NCBI RefSeq assembly: GCF_001194135.2
Contig: NC_068981.1
Span: forward strand, 65,526,522-65,590,521
DNA length: 64,000 nt
Direction: 5' to 3'
Source: Octopus bimaculoides
Taxonomy: Eukaryota
Shown in pieces: positions 1-14,169 of the stretch. The position numbers and the translations under genes are program-made. Below the pieces are notes generated by a model that saw nothing but the letters and a program-made list of their open reading frames with translations, was not told the DNA's origin and did no database searches. Numbering within the stretch: the first letter of the stretch is position 1; every line of letters starts with the position of its first letter.

Positions 1-884
1 AAAGTGTGATTGAAGGAGTTAATAGGCACTATTTCTAGCTAGACAAATGACTACATAGATTTTTCCATTGTTATAATCAGTGGCAGCATAAGTGTTGATG
101 AGACAGGATTGTTTGCTTAGTTGTGATAACATGCCAAATTTGCCAGTTATTTTATTCATTTTTTTGTTTGTTTTGTTTTTTGTTTTTGTTTTTTTTTTAA
201 ATTCCATTGACAAGTCAGGAACTTAGATACATGGGTTATAGTTTGTTCTCTTTTAATGGATTTAGTCTTTAGAATGTAGCCATGCTGGGGTTCAAGTGTA
301 TAGTTGGTTATATTGACTTCAGCCCTTGACTGGTGCTTATTTCCTTGATCTCAGAAAGATGAAAGTCAGTGATTTGAACTTAGAACAGAAAGGAATGTAA
401 CCAAATAAGACAAGATATATTATGTGATACTGGTTGCTTTATTCATAAAGATTCTTCAAACTTACAGCATTCAGAAAAATTGAATTATGAATCGAGTGAG
501 CTGTTTTCAAAGTTGTCCAGCTCAATCAATCTAGCAACTAACAAGAGTACCTCTATGTAATCACTTGATATGCTACAAATAATAATGAAGTTCCCTCATT
601 TTACATAGTACATGTTGGCCAATATAATTCGAGATGTAGAAAATGATGTGATGATGATGGCCAGAATATCTTTAATCTAGCAGCTAAATGTCATTCTCAA
701 TTCTTCTCACAATCGTTGAAGTGAACATCACTTAGGATATAGAAAAGAGTATTTTCAAAGACAGTAAGTAAAAGATTCCTTATGAGTTTGGGTAGATATT
801 CAGCTTCTCAAAAGCTCTTTGGTGGATTTCATCATTTATATTTTAGCTTGTGTTTCTTTTAGTTCATTATGTTAGAGAGACACC

Positions 885-1175
885 CTCAGTCATGAATGAT
901 CATGAGATTGCATCTAGAAAGTTCCCTTCCAATGCACAAGACTGAGCAAGGTTGTTTATGAAAGACCAGCAGTCGTCCATGCATACCAGCCACCCCTCTC
1001 AAAGGTAAAAACCGATACAGCATGGCACCAGTGATGTCACAACTCATTTCTACAGCTGAGTGAACTGGAGCAATGCGAAAAAGTGTCTTGCTCAAGAACA
1101 CAACACACAGCCCAGTCCGGGAGTTAAATTCACTATCTCATGATTGTGTGCCTGACGCTCTAGCTGCTGAGCCAT
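885..1175 (-). mobile_element. tRNA-derived SINE family B, antisense copy
   Basis: Reverse complement of the 30526-30860 element. Confidence 0.7.
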
Positions 1176-4162
1176 GTTAGAAGGGTTAAAAAAGAGTTTT
1201 GTTTTCAATGACCTAATTATTTTCAATGTCACAATTTTGGGCAGCAGCTATCTGTAATACCAATTACATGTAAGTATTTGCAGATGGATTTGTAGAATGG
1301 TTGTGACGTTCTTAACTATTGACCACACTGAAACCTTCTGAAAGCCATTGTGTTGCACCTCTCAGAAGCATGAAGTAAAACCCCACATACTGCAGTCTCA
1401 CTAGATGACAACCAGTTCTGCTTCTATTTCCTAGTTGAGTGGCTTATGGTAAAGGCATAACAGTGATTTCTGAAAAGGAATACTGGCTATTCCAACAAAT
1501 ATAAAAAAAAAATTGCAACATTGTGTACAATTAGTAATCTTGTTGATCAAAATTTCTCCAAATTTCTAATCTGTCAAACCATAATAGACTTACTGAACCA
1601 TCATTGAACCCATCCCAGTCACTCTCTCTGGAAAATTGCATAGTAATGCTTCAGTTTAGTGGAAGAAATTATGAAAATTTTCTCCCCTACTTTCATGCCT
1701 TTATGACATGGGTGAGTTGCTTAATTATGAAAATATTCTTTGTTCAATCTTTGCTTGTATGACATGGGAATGCTGAAATGGGCTTTGACAGTTTTTTTCA
1801 TGTCATGATGGAGTAGAGTAAGGAGACTGTGAGCCAGAGTAATTGAAAGTCTTTGTTGCTTAATGTTCAGTGAGAGAAGTGAGTTGTGAGGTTGAGTGGA
1901 ATCTATGGATGTGCACATGCTACCTTTTAGAACTAAGTTTAAGTAAAAGGTCTACCCTGGACGACAGAGATAAACAGTGACAAGTTACTATCGTTTATCT
2001 TTTACTTGTTTCAATCATTTGACTGCAGCCATACTGGGGCACCACCTTGAAGAATTTTTAGTCAAATGAATCAACACCAGTACTTATGTTTTCTTAAGCC
2101 TGGTATTCTATTAGTCTCTTTTGCCGAACCACTACGTTACAGGGATGTAAACATATCAAGATTGGTTGTCAGTCGATGGTGAAGGACAAACACAGGCACA
2201 AACACACACACACACACGCATGCATGCGCAATGAGTTTCTGTTTTTTCTATCTACCAAATTCATTCACAAGGCTTTGGTCAGCCCAAGGCTATAGTAGAA
2301 GACACTTGCCCAAGGTGCCATACAGTGGGACTGAACTTGGAACCATGTGGCTGAAGCAAACTTCTGACCACACGGCCACACCTAACATTTAATTTAAATG
2401 TTTTCAACCCCTTGAATTTTAGTAATCCCTCTGTTGACTGGCCTCCAAACCATTTTTCAACTCCTTGCACAGTTTCATTTCTTTTGTATGTGATGTGTTA
2501 ACTACTTTGGAAATTGCTGCTGTAGAACAACCATAAACAGGAGTTGCTATTATCTTATATTATTGGTGAGGAGGGTGGCTTTCAGACTAAAATGAAATGT
2601 GTTTCCACATACAAGAAAATTGAAAAACAAACAGAAAGGAGGTGGAAAGAGAATGCAATGTCTTATCTCGTTACTTATTTGTGTGTGTGTGTATTTATAT
2701 TTTATGTTTGATGTTTTTTCTTAAATTTGCTCCCCACTTCTCACTTTTATTTTTATTTTGAATATGTGATAAGAGATCAAAAAAGAGTTTAATCACATGC
2801 ATGTTTAACAGTAATTGAAAGTAAATTGTCATTGTGATGGTGAGGATTGGTCTTAAGGGGCCTCTTGACTTGCTTGAAATAGCAATCAAATTTCCCTCAA
2901 ATCTTTTCCTATTATCTTAAAGAAAAGACTGGTAACAATGATTGCTGTTAGTCCTAGAAACATTATGTGTGAAAACATAATTATGGAATGATCACTGCTG
3001 ATATGTCTCTGATAATCACCTGTTCGATCAGAGTGGACTTTGGGGTCTAAACAGTAACAAGGAAACAAATGAAAACCAACAACACAAAACAACCACAAGA
3101 AAAACCTAATTTCACAGATTTTTCAAACAAGAATATTCAATTTCATTCTTTCTTTCTTTCTTTGCAGTTTTAATAGCTTAGAGCTCAAGAGTAAATTTGA
3201 TTTTAATAAAAAAAAAACAATTTAAAAAATCCACTAAGTATCTAAATTAGTTTAGTGATGAGCATCATGTATATGTGCATGCATGTTGCATGTGTGCTGT
3301 TGCTTGAAGGGACATGTGTCATTTAGCTTCAACTTTGCTTTTCCTGTTTTTAGCATTGCTGATTTATTGAATTCAAACCAGTTTTGCATGATATCCCTGT
3401 TAGTTTTTCATTTTTATTTTATTGTTTTCTTTTCATTTCACTTCATAATCTTGTTGTTTACGTTGTTGTCTTGGTAGTGGTGGGTTGAGACACATAGCTT
3501 GAGTTTAGCAGAAACAAATGAATTCTTTTTCAGATATGAAAAACAAAGGTAAAAGACAATAAATAGTTATAGCTCAATGTGAATGCAGTAGTGTTTCTTT
3601 TGTTGACTCTTCAGTGTATTTTCTATTATGCTGTAAGTATTCTGACAATGCCTACTCATCACATTAATACAATTAAAGTCTGTGCTTATTTTGAATTCTG
3701 TACATACAGAATTGTACATCCCTCACTTTTTACTCTGACCATCAATTTCTACTGCCAAAATGCAGTTGCAAATTTTCCTCATTTTTCTAATTCTAAAGAA
3801 GTAACAATAAGAAACTGTAAGCATATAAGTCAGTCCGACAACGCCAATGACCAGTGTAAGTTTGAAGTCTTTGTCAACCTTTCTATTTCTGTTTATTGAA
3901 CTAGTTACTCCCTGTCTATTGCTAAAAACATCATCATCATTGTCGTCCCCACTATAATACCTGTTTGTCCATACTTGCATGACTTGGATGGAGTTTGCCA
4001 AGGCAGATTTTCCATAGTCAGATGCCCTTCCTGTCACCAACACTTAGCTTGCTTGGAAGGTAACAGAATACTGGAAATGAATGACGTCTTCTATGAGAGT
4101 AACAAGCATTTGCAAACTATCACGCAATGCCAAAACAAGGGTGCACACATGCACGCACGCAT

Positions 4163-4204
<42 letters not shown>

Positions 4205-5792
4205 TTCACCTTCCAAATCTATTCACAAGGCCTTGGCTAGCCTGGTGCTGAACCTGAAACTGTGTGACTGGAAAATAAACTTTATAATTTGTTAGTTCCT
4301 TTTAATACTCCACTACTGATTGATTCTTTTATGAGCAGAGGCACAACAATATGTTCTAAGATCACTTCTGCTGTGCAGTATCTTGGTTAAGTGAACTTAG
4401 TACTATCATCTGGCCCTTGGGTACTGTTAGTAACATCCACTCTCGTGCAAGCATTCTTTCTAGATCTGATCTGTAACTGACCTCGGGCCAATCAATGCTT
4501 TGTAGGTAAATTTGTTTGATGAAAACTGAAAGGTGTTCATTTCATGTATGTATGCATGCATGTGATCATTTTAATGATAACTCTTCCATAATTACATAGG
4601 TTAGATGTAGTTTACTGCGGCAAATTTTCTACAACCAAATGCTCTTCCTGCTGCCAACCTTCACTATTTTTCAAACAAACAGATATTTCCCCATAACCAA
4701 ACATGTTTTCATGGAAAATTGGAAATGAATAGCATTCATTTACAACAATCACGCAATGTCAACACAAGGAGATACAAACATACACACACTTCTCTCAGTT
4801 TCTATCTAAAAATTCAATCACAGAGCTATAGTAGAGGACACTTACCAAAGGTGCCACACAGTGGGACTGGACATTATACCATATGGTTGGGAAGCAATCT
4901 TTTTAGCCACAAATGCATGTCTGCTCCTCTGAGTGTGTGTCCTTGTGCAATAGATGTAAACAAAAGTCAATGTCATCCAGCTATGAGGAAATATTACTTT
5001 GCTTGGAAACAGTGCAGGTTGGTGACAGGAAGGGCACCAAGTTGTAGAAAATCTCAGTGAATTCTGTCAGGTCAATGCCAGTATGGAAAAGTGGTTGTTA
5101 GAACTATGACATAGTGTGGCACTATATTATTCAATGTCTCCACTTTTTACCGGACAGCATTGTTTGATTTGAAGGATATTTGGCTGCTATTTCTAGATAA
5201 TCAATTAACTGCAAAAGAGGTTTATGTATATCCTATTGTGAATATTTCTGTGTGTGTGAATGTTTCTGTGTGTGTGTGTAATAGCGGAGAATATAAGTGG
5301 GAAGATTTCATCTGCAAGTCTGAGTAAGCTGTGTTTTAAAAAATATCATTGCTACAGAGATGCTGTGATCATTGAATCATTAAATGGTACATCAGTTACT
5401 GTTGGTGCTGCTACTACAGACTTCAGCAGTACATCTATCTTATAAACATGAGTGAAGGCTGAGATCCACTTAAGCTTTCTTCCTGTCAGATGATGCATGC
5501 ATAGTTTATAAGGTCCATTAGTTTGCTTTAAAGCATAAGTATTATCAAACTGTATACTGAATTAATCACAGGAACCATCCTCTTATAGCTTAATCATTGT
5601 CATCAGCAGCAGTCACTAATCAACACTTATGAGAAATCTTCGTTTATAGTAAACCAATTGTGGAAAATTTAATATTTTGTAATGACATGAAGAATATATC
5701 ATTAACTCAGTTCTCACCCCACTTAATATTTATACCCCTATTGACTCTGTAGCATATGTGTTGTTAGTCTCTTTTACTAGTTTCAGCTATTG

Positions 5793-7621
5793 CAGAGGTG
5801 GGTAGTTATTTTGGCTCAGGGGCCACTTTGAGAGGGTTAGCGGAGGGCCACACCTTCTATAACTGATCATATTCATTTGTTAACATAACATTTCATTTGA
5901 TGCAAGGTGTAAATTACATAATAATAATAAATAAATAAAACTAAAACAATAGTGGTACTCAGAAAAGGTTTCATTAAATTTATTTATGTGCAAATTACAC
6001 ATCAGCCACTACAAGTAATTTAATGAGACAAATGTAACCTGTCACACTTATTCACAATTCTTTTGAAATCAAGAGTGAAGTTGCTTGTTGAGATCTTCAT
6101 CACTACCTCCAAGTTTATGTCAGTCACAGAGGATCTATTTTTACTCTTGTTGATTTTAATGCAAGAAAAACTTTGCTCACAAACATATGTGGATCCAAAA
6201 ATAGAAAACATTTTCCCAGTAAACTTCTTCACACATAGAAATTTGTCAGTTGATAGACATTTGTAAAATTCTATCAATGTAACAGAATTAAAAACATTTC
6301 TTTCAGTGTGTGATCTGACTGTATGTCAATTGTTCAAGCTGCACCTCCTCAGGTGCTGTATCAATATCAGCAGTGAAAGGATAAGAAAAATATTTAAATC
6401 AGGCTCAATTTTCTTAAAATCCTGAAATCTTGTGACCTCATCCTCCAAACTCAGCAAGTGATCCCTAATCTTGGAAGAAACACTTGCAGTCACTTTCTGT
6501 TTTCTTAATATAATAAAGGTAAATGACAAAACTTGCCCTCACCTGCTTGCCTTGCAAATAGACCTAGTTTTGTTTTGAATTATCTCACATGCCTAAACAT
6601 TTGATGTACAAACAACCCCTTTCCCTGCAATGTCATATTCAATTCATTTTATTTCTCAAACATATCAGCTGCAAACATTACCTCATTTCTCCACTCCTCA
6701 CATCCCATTTTGGTCACAAAATCACATGAAAGCCCCTTCATGTCCAAAAAGAGGTGGATTTCATTCTGTAATTCCCATTCCCAAACCCTTTTTAGCATTT
6801 TGCCCAGGCTCAACCACCAAACACTGTTGTGGTAAATCACATCTCCATAATCTGCCTCCATATCCTCAAGCAGAGATTTAAATTGTTGATGGTAGAGCAC
6901 CCTTGTTCTGGTTGTGTTCACCATTCTCACTACAGGATCCACCACATGCTTTAGGTCCAGTGCAGCTTTACAGTGGCTTTCCTGATGCAAAATACAATGA
7001 AATGACAAGATATCACTATCTGAGTGTTCTGCTTTTAACTTGTTCACTAAAAGTTTAATCATACCCATATTGTTTCCAGTAAATGCTCTGGCTCCATCTT
7101 TTATAATACTTGCCATTCTATTCCATGACAAGGTACTTTTCTCCACACAATCCACTACACATTCAATGGGTGTATTTGTCATTGGTTCCAAACTAAATAG
7201 TTCCTCTGTGATGATGAAATTTTCATCAATTCAACAGACAAAGATAAGTAACTCGCACTGTTCAGCTGTTCTGTTAGTTTGTCACAAATTCTGTCCATAT
7301 GCCATACCATAGATCTTCTTGATAATGAAATGGTTTTGAATTTTGCTTCTTGCGTCAGAGCACAGGACTCTTGCGCAATCTTCCAGGCAATGCTCAACAA
7401 ATTCACCATCAGAAAATGGCTTGTTGTTTTTAGCGAGGTTGTATGCTACCATGGAATAAATATGGTTTGTTGCTTCTTCAGCTTCGTAAAACACTCTGTA
7501 GATTTTTCCCTGCATTCTTCCTCAGACATTTCTCTACCAAACTCACCATGTTTTGTTTGGTGGTGGTGTTTCAAATTGTATTCTTCGAATACAGCAGCCA
7601 TCTCATAAATTGCCCACCCTG
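5793..7621 (-). mobile_element. hAT DNA transposon, SPIN/GTF2IRD2-like transposase, frameshifted and 5'-deleted, with TIRs and an 8-bp TSD
   Basis: TIRs are CAGAGGTGGGTAGTT (5793-5807) and, on the minus strand, CAGGGTGGGCAATT (from 7621). The flanking 8-mers are agctattg (5785-5792) and aactattg (7622-7629), 7/8 identical. Minus-strand fragments carry hAT motifs: EYNLKHHHQTKH, NKPFSDGEFV, DGARAFTG, FHCILHQE, WLSLGKMLKRVWE, and FGSTYVCEQSFSCIKINKSKNRS (dimerisation domain). The element splits a SINE whose halves rejoin as tttcagctattg|gactgtagccatgctg. Confidence 0.9.
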
Positions 7622-8907
7622 AACTATTGGACTGTAGCCATGCTGACACACTGCCTTTTCAGGGTTTGGTCATTTGTCAGTCATATCACCCCTCTGTAAC
7701 TATTTCATTCTGGTATTTAATTTATCAATTGCTATTTAGCTAACTACTTAGTTACATAAATGGACACAAAATATACAACACAGGATTTTAGACTGGTGTA
7801 AACAAGAACACTAACACAAATATACAACAGGCTTCAGCACATTTTCTGTTTATCAAATTCCACTCATAAGTTATTGGCCACCTTAAGGCTACAATAGTAG
7901 AAAGCAATTTAGCTAAAGTGCCATGCACTCATACAGAACCTTAAACCATTGTATAACAAGGCAAAGTTTTGAAATTATAAAGGGTGATAAATTGACAGAA
8001 GTGTTAGTGCTATACAGTATTTGTTTTGGCACCACAACATTCAGAGTTCAAATTCAACCAAGGTCAACTTTGCCTTTCATCCTTCTCTGGTCAATAAAAC
8101 AAGTATATGTTAAGTACTGGGGTTGATTTAACCCTTTAGCACTCAGATTACTGTCAAATTTCATGCTTAACTTATCTATTCACACTGGTTTAAATTAATC
8201 CTGCATTATCTCATAACTTCAAGATTTTGATGCTGTAACTTTATTTTTAGAACAATATTGAAGGATAAGTATGAGAAGCCAAATTTGGCTGATTTGAACA
8301 TAGAACAGGTTGAATACTTGAGCCAAATATGGCTAGTTCAAATGTTAATGGGTCAATCACCTTCTGGTTTATGCCTACATGCAGTGAGCTAACATGGTAG
8401 CGTCCAAAATCCCCATCCAACTGATTGGAGTACACTGCCATCACATCAGTATTATCTCTCAGTAACACCACATCATCATCATCATCATAATCTCATCCAC
8501 TTTTCCATGCTTGTATGGGTCAGACATAATATATCAAGGCAGATTTTCTACAACTGGATACCTTTCCTATTGCCAAACCTCACCTGTTTCCCAGTAAGGT
8601 AATATATTTCCTCATGGCCAAACATGTTTTTGCAAAATATTAGAAATGAACGACATTCATTTAAAACAGTCATACAATATCAAGAACTGGAGACACAGAC
8701 ACATACATAAACACTCACACAGACACAAACACACATGTTTCTTTCAGTTTCTATCTATCAAATCCTTTCACAAGGCTTCGGTTGGCCCAGGACTATAGTA
8801 AAAGACATTTGCCCAAGGTGCCACACAATGGGACTGAATCAGAAACCTGTGATTGGGAAGCAAACTTCTTAACCTCACAGCCATGTCTGTGCCTATATTG
8901 CAAATAC

Positions 8908-8910
8908 ATT

Positions 8911-8942
<32 letters not shown>

Positions 8943-8983
8943 AATTTATTGTTCACTCAGATATACACATATAAGTGTGTGTG

Positions 8984-9062
<79 letters not shown>
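8908..9062. repeat. (CA)n and long (AT)n microsatellites (representative; many others, e.g. 18757-18846 (TAT)n, 26890-26980 (CT)n, 39530-39680 (ATGT)n)
   Basis: Directly visible simple repeats. Confidence 0.95.
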
Positions 9063-9065
<3 letters not shown>

Positions 9066-10327
9066 ACCCATGCTGGCATGGACTATGGATGTTAAATGAT
9101 GATGATGATGATGATGGTATATATGAGTGAATGATAGGAAGTGCTCTAAAAATGGTAAAGCACAAGAGAAAAAGATGTTTAAAATTGCAAATTAATAGAT
9201 CTAAGATGGTGTTTACAAACCAATATTGTGAGTCCGAACAGCTGAAATTGAAATATGAATTCAAGTTGATGAAATGAAAATAGGAGTGGGAGAGAATCTA
9301 TTTAAAGACAGAAATGAAAATCTAAGTTAAATCATAATTCAATACTGAAAACAATTTGAATCAAATGAAAAATTATAATTAAATGAAAATAATGAGAATA
9401 AAATTCTTTATTGATTCAGATTTAATTTGTTTTGAATTACAATTTAAGTTTAAATTTCAATTCTGTGTTTTTTTTTCATTCAGTCCTGCCTCACTCCTAT
9501 TTTAATTTCCTTAAATTATCACAGTATTGTCATTTGAAATTTCAAACAGAAAAACAAGATTAATGAAATGTAAAAAAGAAAGAAATAACTTAAATTGAAA
9601 TTTCTATCATTGATCTGCTCACAAACACATATGGGTTTGGCTGTACAAACAAGTGAAAAATTATTTCATACATACAGAAGAATCTATTAATTTAGTCAAA
9701 GAAGGCAACAGACTGGCTAAATTGTTAGCATGCTGGACAAAATGCTAAGCAGCATTTCATATATCTTTGCATTCTGAATTCATATTTCACTGAGTGCAAT
9801 TTTGACATTCATCATTTTGAAGTTGATGAAATAAGTACCAATTGAGCTCTGGGGCAATGTAATTGACTAACCCCACCATCTTTCAGAATTTCAGACCTTG
9901 TGTCTATTGTGGAAAGGATTAATTTAATCAAAGGTGAATGATTCACTCCCCTGCTATTTTGAGTTTTTATGTGTATTGAAGTTCTGAGTGTCCTATGATT
10001 GGGAAACTTCAAACAACAGTGGATTAAACCATTTGCTTCAAATAAATGACAAGTGTGTGTGTGTACATATGACACACACACACATTTGCTTATATGAAAA
10101 CAAAAAAAAAAGTCACATCACTTTTGAAATGCTCCATTTTAATATACTCATGTAGTGTGGTGAAGTCAGATTATTCTAGCAGAACCTGTCTGAAGGGACA
10201 CAATGAATAAAGTATTCCTAGAGATACTTTGACTGAAAAAATGGAATGGTCACAGATAAAGCTTGATCAAGCAGATAGGTCTGCTTGGTCAAGACTGATC
10301 AGGGGCTAAACAACAATGCTCTCAACA

Positions 10328-10362
<35 letters not shown>

Positions 10363-10429
10363 TGCGGCTGCGGCGGCAAAAAAAAAAACAGAATTATTTA
10401 CAGACTAAATAATGTTCATAAGTTTTTCC

Positions 10430-10700
10430 ATACATCATCCTGTGATGCACCTTGATCCATCGTTAATGATGTTTCCTGGAGGTCATTAAGTGTTTAAGGT
10501 CTTTCATCAGATACCTTCACCTAGGTGATCCAGCCAGTTTTTGTCCTGTTAGCACTACCACAGGTAACACTGCTCCTTCTAGGGCTCATACCTCCTGTCC
10601 ACAGCCACCTTGAAGCAATCTCTGCTGCCTGATAGCTTTCTCCTTACTGGCTCCAGCAATGTCAAGCTTGTTGTAAGCTCTACAGAGGGATTAGCCTGCA
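10430..10700 (-). mobile_element. RTE-like LINE 3' remnant
   Basis: Minus strand has a KNWLDHL...RDCFKVAV-type C-terminal sequence, heavily degraded. Confidence 0.35.
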
Positions 10701-11419
10701 AAACCCCTGCATCCCACTTTGATGGGCTCACACCCATTGCTTTGGGATCGCTCCTCCTGTTCAGTATATTTCTTTCTCTTGCTCTCTATTTCTCACAAGT
10801 TTGTAAGGAGGAGTAGAGGAGTAATAGTCTGTGGTTGAACTGCATGACACACCTGCTACTAATTGTGAAAGGAACCTGTGGAAGGAATAGACCTGGGAAG
10901 ACATGAGACGAACTGGTGAGAAAAGATCTTTGAATGCTGGGCCTCACTGAGAATATAACAAGGGATCAGGAGTTGTGGCAGTTTGTTGTACGTGGGAACA
11001 TACATCCTGCTAAGTAAAAACTCTGTCATCCATACATACAGGTTTGTCCTTTACAGGTACCTGTGCCATGTAAAATGCACTCATGCCAATGCTGTGTAAA
11101 TGCATTCATGCCAGTAAAAAGCACCCAGCACACTCTGATATGGTTGTTGTTAGGAAAGGCATCCAGCTATAGAAACCATGTCACAACAGACAATTGGAGC
11201 CTAGACAGCTCCATGTCAAATCATCCAACTCATACCAGCATGGAAAACGGACATTAACTGACGATGATGATGATGATTAGAGGATGAAAGGCAGTCACCT
11301 CAGCATGTCTTGAATCCAAAACACTGATAGTGGTGTGGGGGTGGGAGTGAAACTAAATGCTACGTAGTATTGTATAACAAGATAATATTGACTTTTAATA
11401 TTAGTATGCAGTTGGAAAT

Positions 11420-11690
11420 ATTAGGTGGGGAAACAACCAATTAAATTGACCCTAGTATATTGCTCGAATATTGGTTTCAAATTTTGGCACAAGGCCAGCA
11501 ATTTCGGAGGAAGGGGTACACCAATTATATCGACCCCAATATTCAACTGGTACTTAATTTTATCAACCCCCACAAAAGGATGAAAGGCAGAGTTGACTCT
11601 GATAGCATTTGAGCTCAGAGTATGAAGTTGGATGCAAAGCTGCAAAACATTTTGCCCAGCATGCTTAACCATTCTACCAGCTCACCACTT
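11420..11690 (-). repeat. Nin-type SINE, antisense copy
   Basis: Reverse complement of the array unit (aactggtacttaattttatcaacccc...aggatgaaaggcagagttgac). Confidence 0.65.
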
Positions 11691-12435
11691 TAGTATGTTA
11701 CTAGAATATTATCAATATTCATTTCGTTAACTCAGGAAGGAAGAGCATGATTAAACACTAATACAAAAACATAGTTCCTCTTCTGCAAATACTTTGCTCT
11801 TTCAATGTGATAATATTAATAAAACGAGTAAAATAATAAATTAAATTAAATTAAATGGTGAGCTCGTTTATTGATATAAAACATCATTCTTAAGTCTTCT
11901 GTGTGCAGGTACAAAAGGCTTGCTGTGTTTGACAGTATGATTTATGTTCTAATGGGTGTCTGGTAAGAATTTTTCACTGCAGTGGAAGTTTCAGTTAATT
12001 ATCTGTGTACAGGTATTTGGGCAGAGTTCAAACATGTAAAGAGGTCACCACTGGTTGATGAGAGTAGAGTAGGAAAGGAAGGCATGTTTGCTAGGGTACA
12101 ATTTGACCTACATTCCTTATAAGGGAGAAGAATAAAGAAGTTAAAAGCCCTAGATGCAAAAAAAGAAATGAATAAAAAATAAAACTGAAGGAAACATCTT
12201 CAAACTATAGGAAGTGTTATATGTCTCTGTATGTGAAAGGAAAAGAGAGAGAATGTATGTGTGTGTGTGTGTGTGTGTGTGTATATTTATATAGGAAAAT
12301 GAAAAATAATAATAAGGCAGAATGCTAAACTGGAAGCATATTTTAATAAAGATTTCTAACCGGCTTTCATTGCATAGCAAATTTTCAAGAAGAGGGAGAA
12401 TGAAAATGTTTTTTACAAAGAAGTACAAAATGAAG

Positions 12436-13258
12436 NNNNNNNNNNNNNNNNNNNNNNNNNNNNNNNNNNNNNNNNNNNNNNNNNNNNNNNNNNNNNNNNN
12501 NNNNNNNNNNNNNNNNNNNNNNNNNNNNNNNNNNNNNNNNNNNNNNNNNNNNNNNNNNNNNNNNNNNNNNNNNNNNNNNNNNNNNNNNNNNNNNNNNNNN
12601 NNNNNNNNNNNNNNNNNNNNNNNNNNNNNNNNNNNNNNNNNNNNNNNNNNNNNNNNNNNNNNNNNNNNNNNNNNNNNNNNNNNNNNNNNNNNNNNNNNNN
12701 NNNNNNNNNNNNNNNNNNNNNNNNNNNNNNNNNNNNNNNNNNNNNNNNNNNNNNNNNNNNNNNNNNNNNNNNNNNNNNNNNNNNNNNNNNNNNNNNNNNN
12801 NNNNNNNNNNNNNNNNNNNNNNNNNNNNNNNNNNNNNNNNNNNNNNNNNNNNNNNNNNNNNNNNNNNNNNNNNNNNNNNNNNNNNNNNNNNNNNNNNNNN
12901 NNNNNNNNNNNNNNNNNNNNNNNNNNNNNNNNNNNNNNNNNNNNNNNNNNNNNNNNNNNNNNNNNNNNNNNNNNNNNNNNNNNNNNNNNNNNNNNNNNNN
13001 NNNNNNNNNNNNNNNNNNNNNNNNNNNNNNNNNNNNNNNNNNNNNNNNNNNNNNNNNNNNNNNNNNNNNNNNNNNNNNNNNNNNNNNNNNNNNNNNNNNN
13101 NNNNNNNNNNNNNNNNNNNNNNNNNNNNNNNNNNNNNNNNNNNNNNNNNNNNNNNNNNNNNNNNNNNNNNNNNNNNNNNNNNNNNNNNNNNNNNNNNNNN
13201 NNNNNNNNNNNNNNNNNNNNNNNNNNNNNNNNNNNNNNNNNNNNNNNNNNNNNNNNNG
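12436..13258. other. Assembly gap (other gaps: 14972-15262, 16742-16835, 38579-38588, 39080-39529, 57070-57577)
   Basis: N runs, mostly flanked by microsatellites. ORFs crossing them are artefacts. Confidence 1.
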
Positions 13259-14169
13259 GGAATACCAAAAATGGGACAAGAACACAAAATATCCAGGCAG
13301 CTAGATGATACAAAAAGGTTACAACAAAATATCCAGACAGACAATACAAAAAAAAAACAAGGACGGGTCGTTCGGAGTTTTCTTTCTTCGGTCGAGTTTC
13401 AGATTATCTTTGCAATTTCAGTTGGTTATCCTCAAGATTGCTCCAATCTGGCCAGCCCCAAGGAAAAACGAAGCTAAGAGCACTAGATTCCTTGGAAGAA
13501 AGCAGTGAATGTATACGAAAACAAAGACGGAAAATCAGAGAAATGGTACACAAATACAAATGCAAATAAAGGACATTAACAACAGGTGTCTTTAGACTAA
13601 GGACGAATTAAATTAAATTAGAAGTGAAGCCTTACAGAAGGGACATAAGAGATGACAGACATGGGGAGGAATATAGATGTTGCACGGATGGTAGTCAAAC
13701 CAAGAAAGAAAGGTCAGGCTTCTTTTAGTTTCTATGAAGCCTATTCACAAAGCTTTGTACAACCCAAATCTGTAGTAGAAGACATTTATCCTAGTTACCA
13801 CATAGGGGGACTGAACTGAAACCCATGAGCTTGGAAGTGAGCTTCTTAACCACACTGACATGTATCATCACTATCATCATCATTTCATGTCCATCCTCCA
13901 TGCTGGCATGAGTTGGGTGGTTTGACAGGAACCAGTGAACCAGAGGTCTGCTTTGGCACACAATTTCTAACTGTTGAATGCTTTTCCTAACCACTTTACA
14001 GAGTACACTGGGTGTTTTTTTTCATGGCACTGGTACTAGTGAGGTCACTAAGTAACTCGCAAGACAAGACCCCTCAGCTAAGTATGGGTGTAGTATTGAG
14101 GGAGGTGGCTTGGTGCTAGGTATTAAGAGGTTAAACTATGATAGAGAGATAGGAACAGGTGTCTTACTG

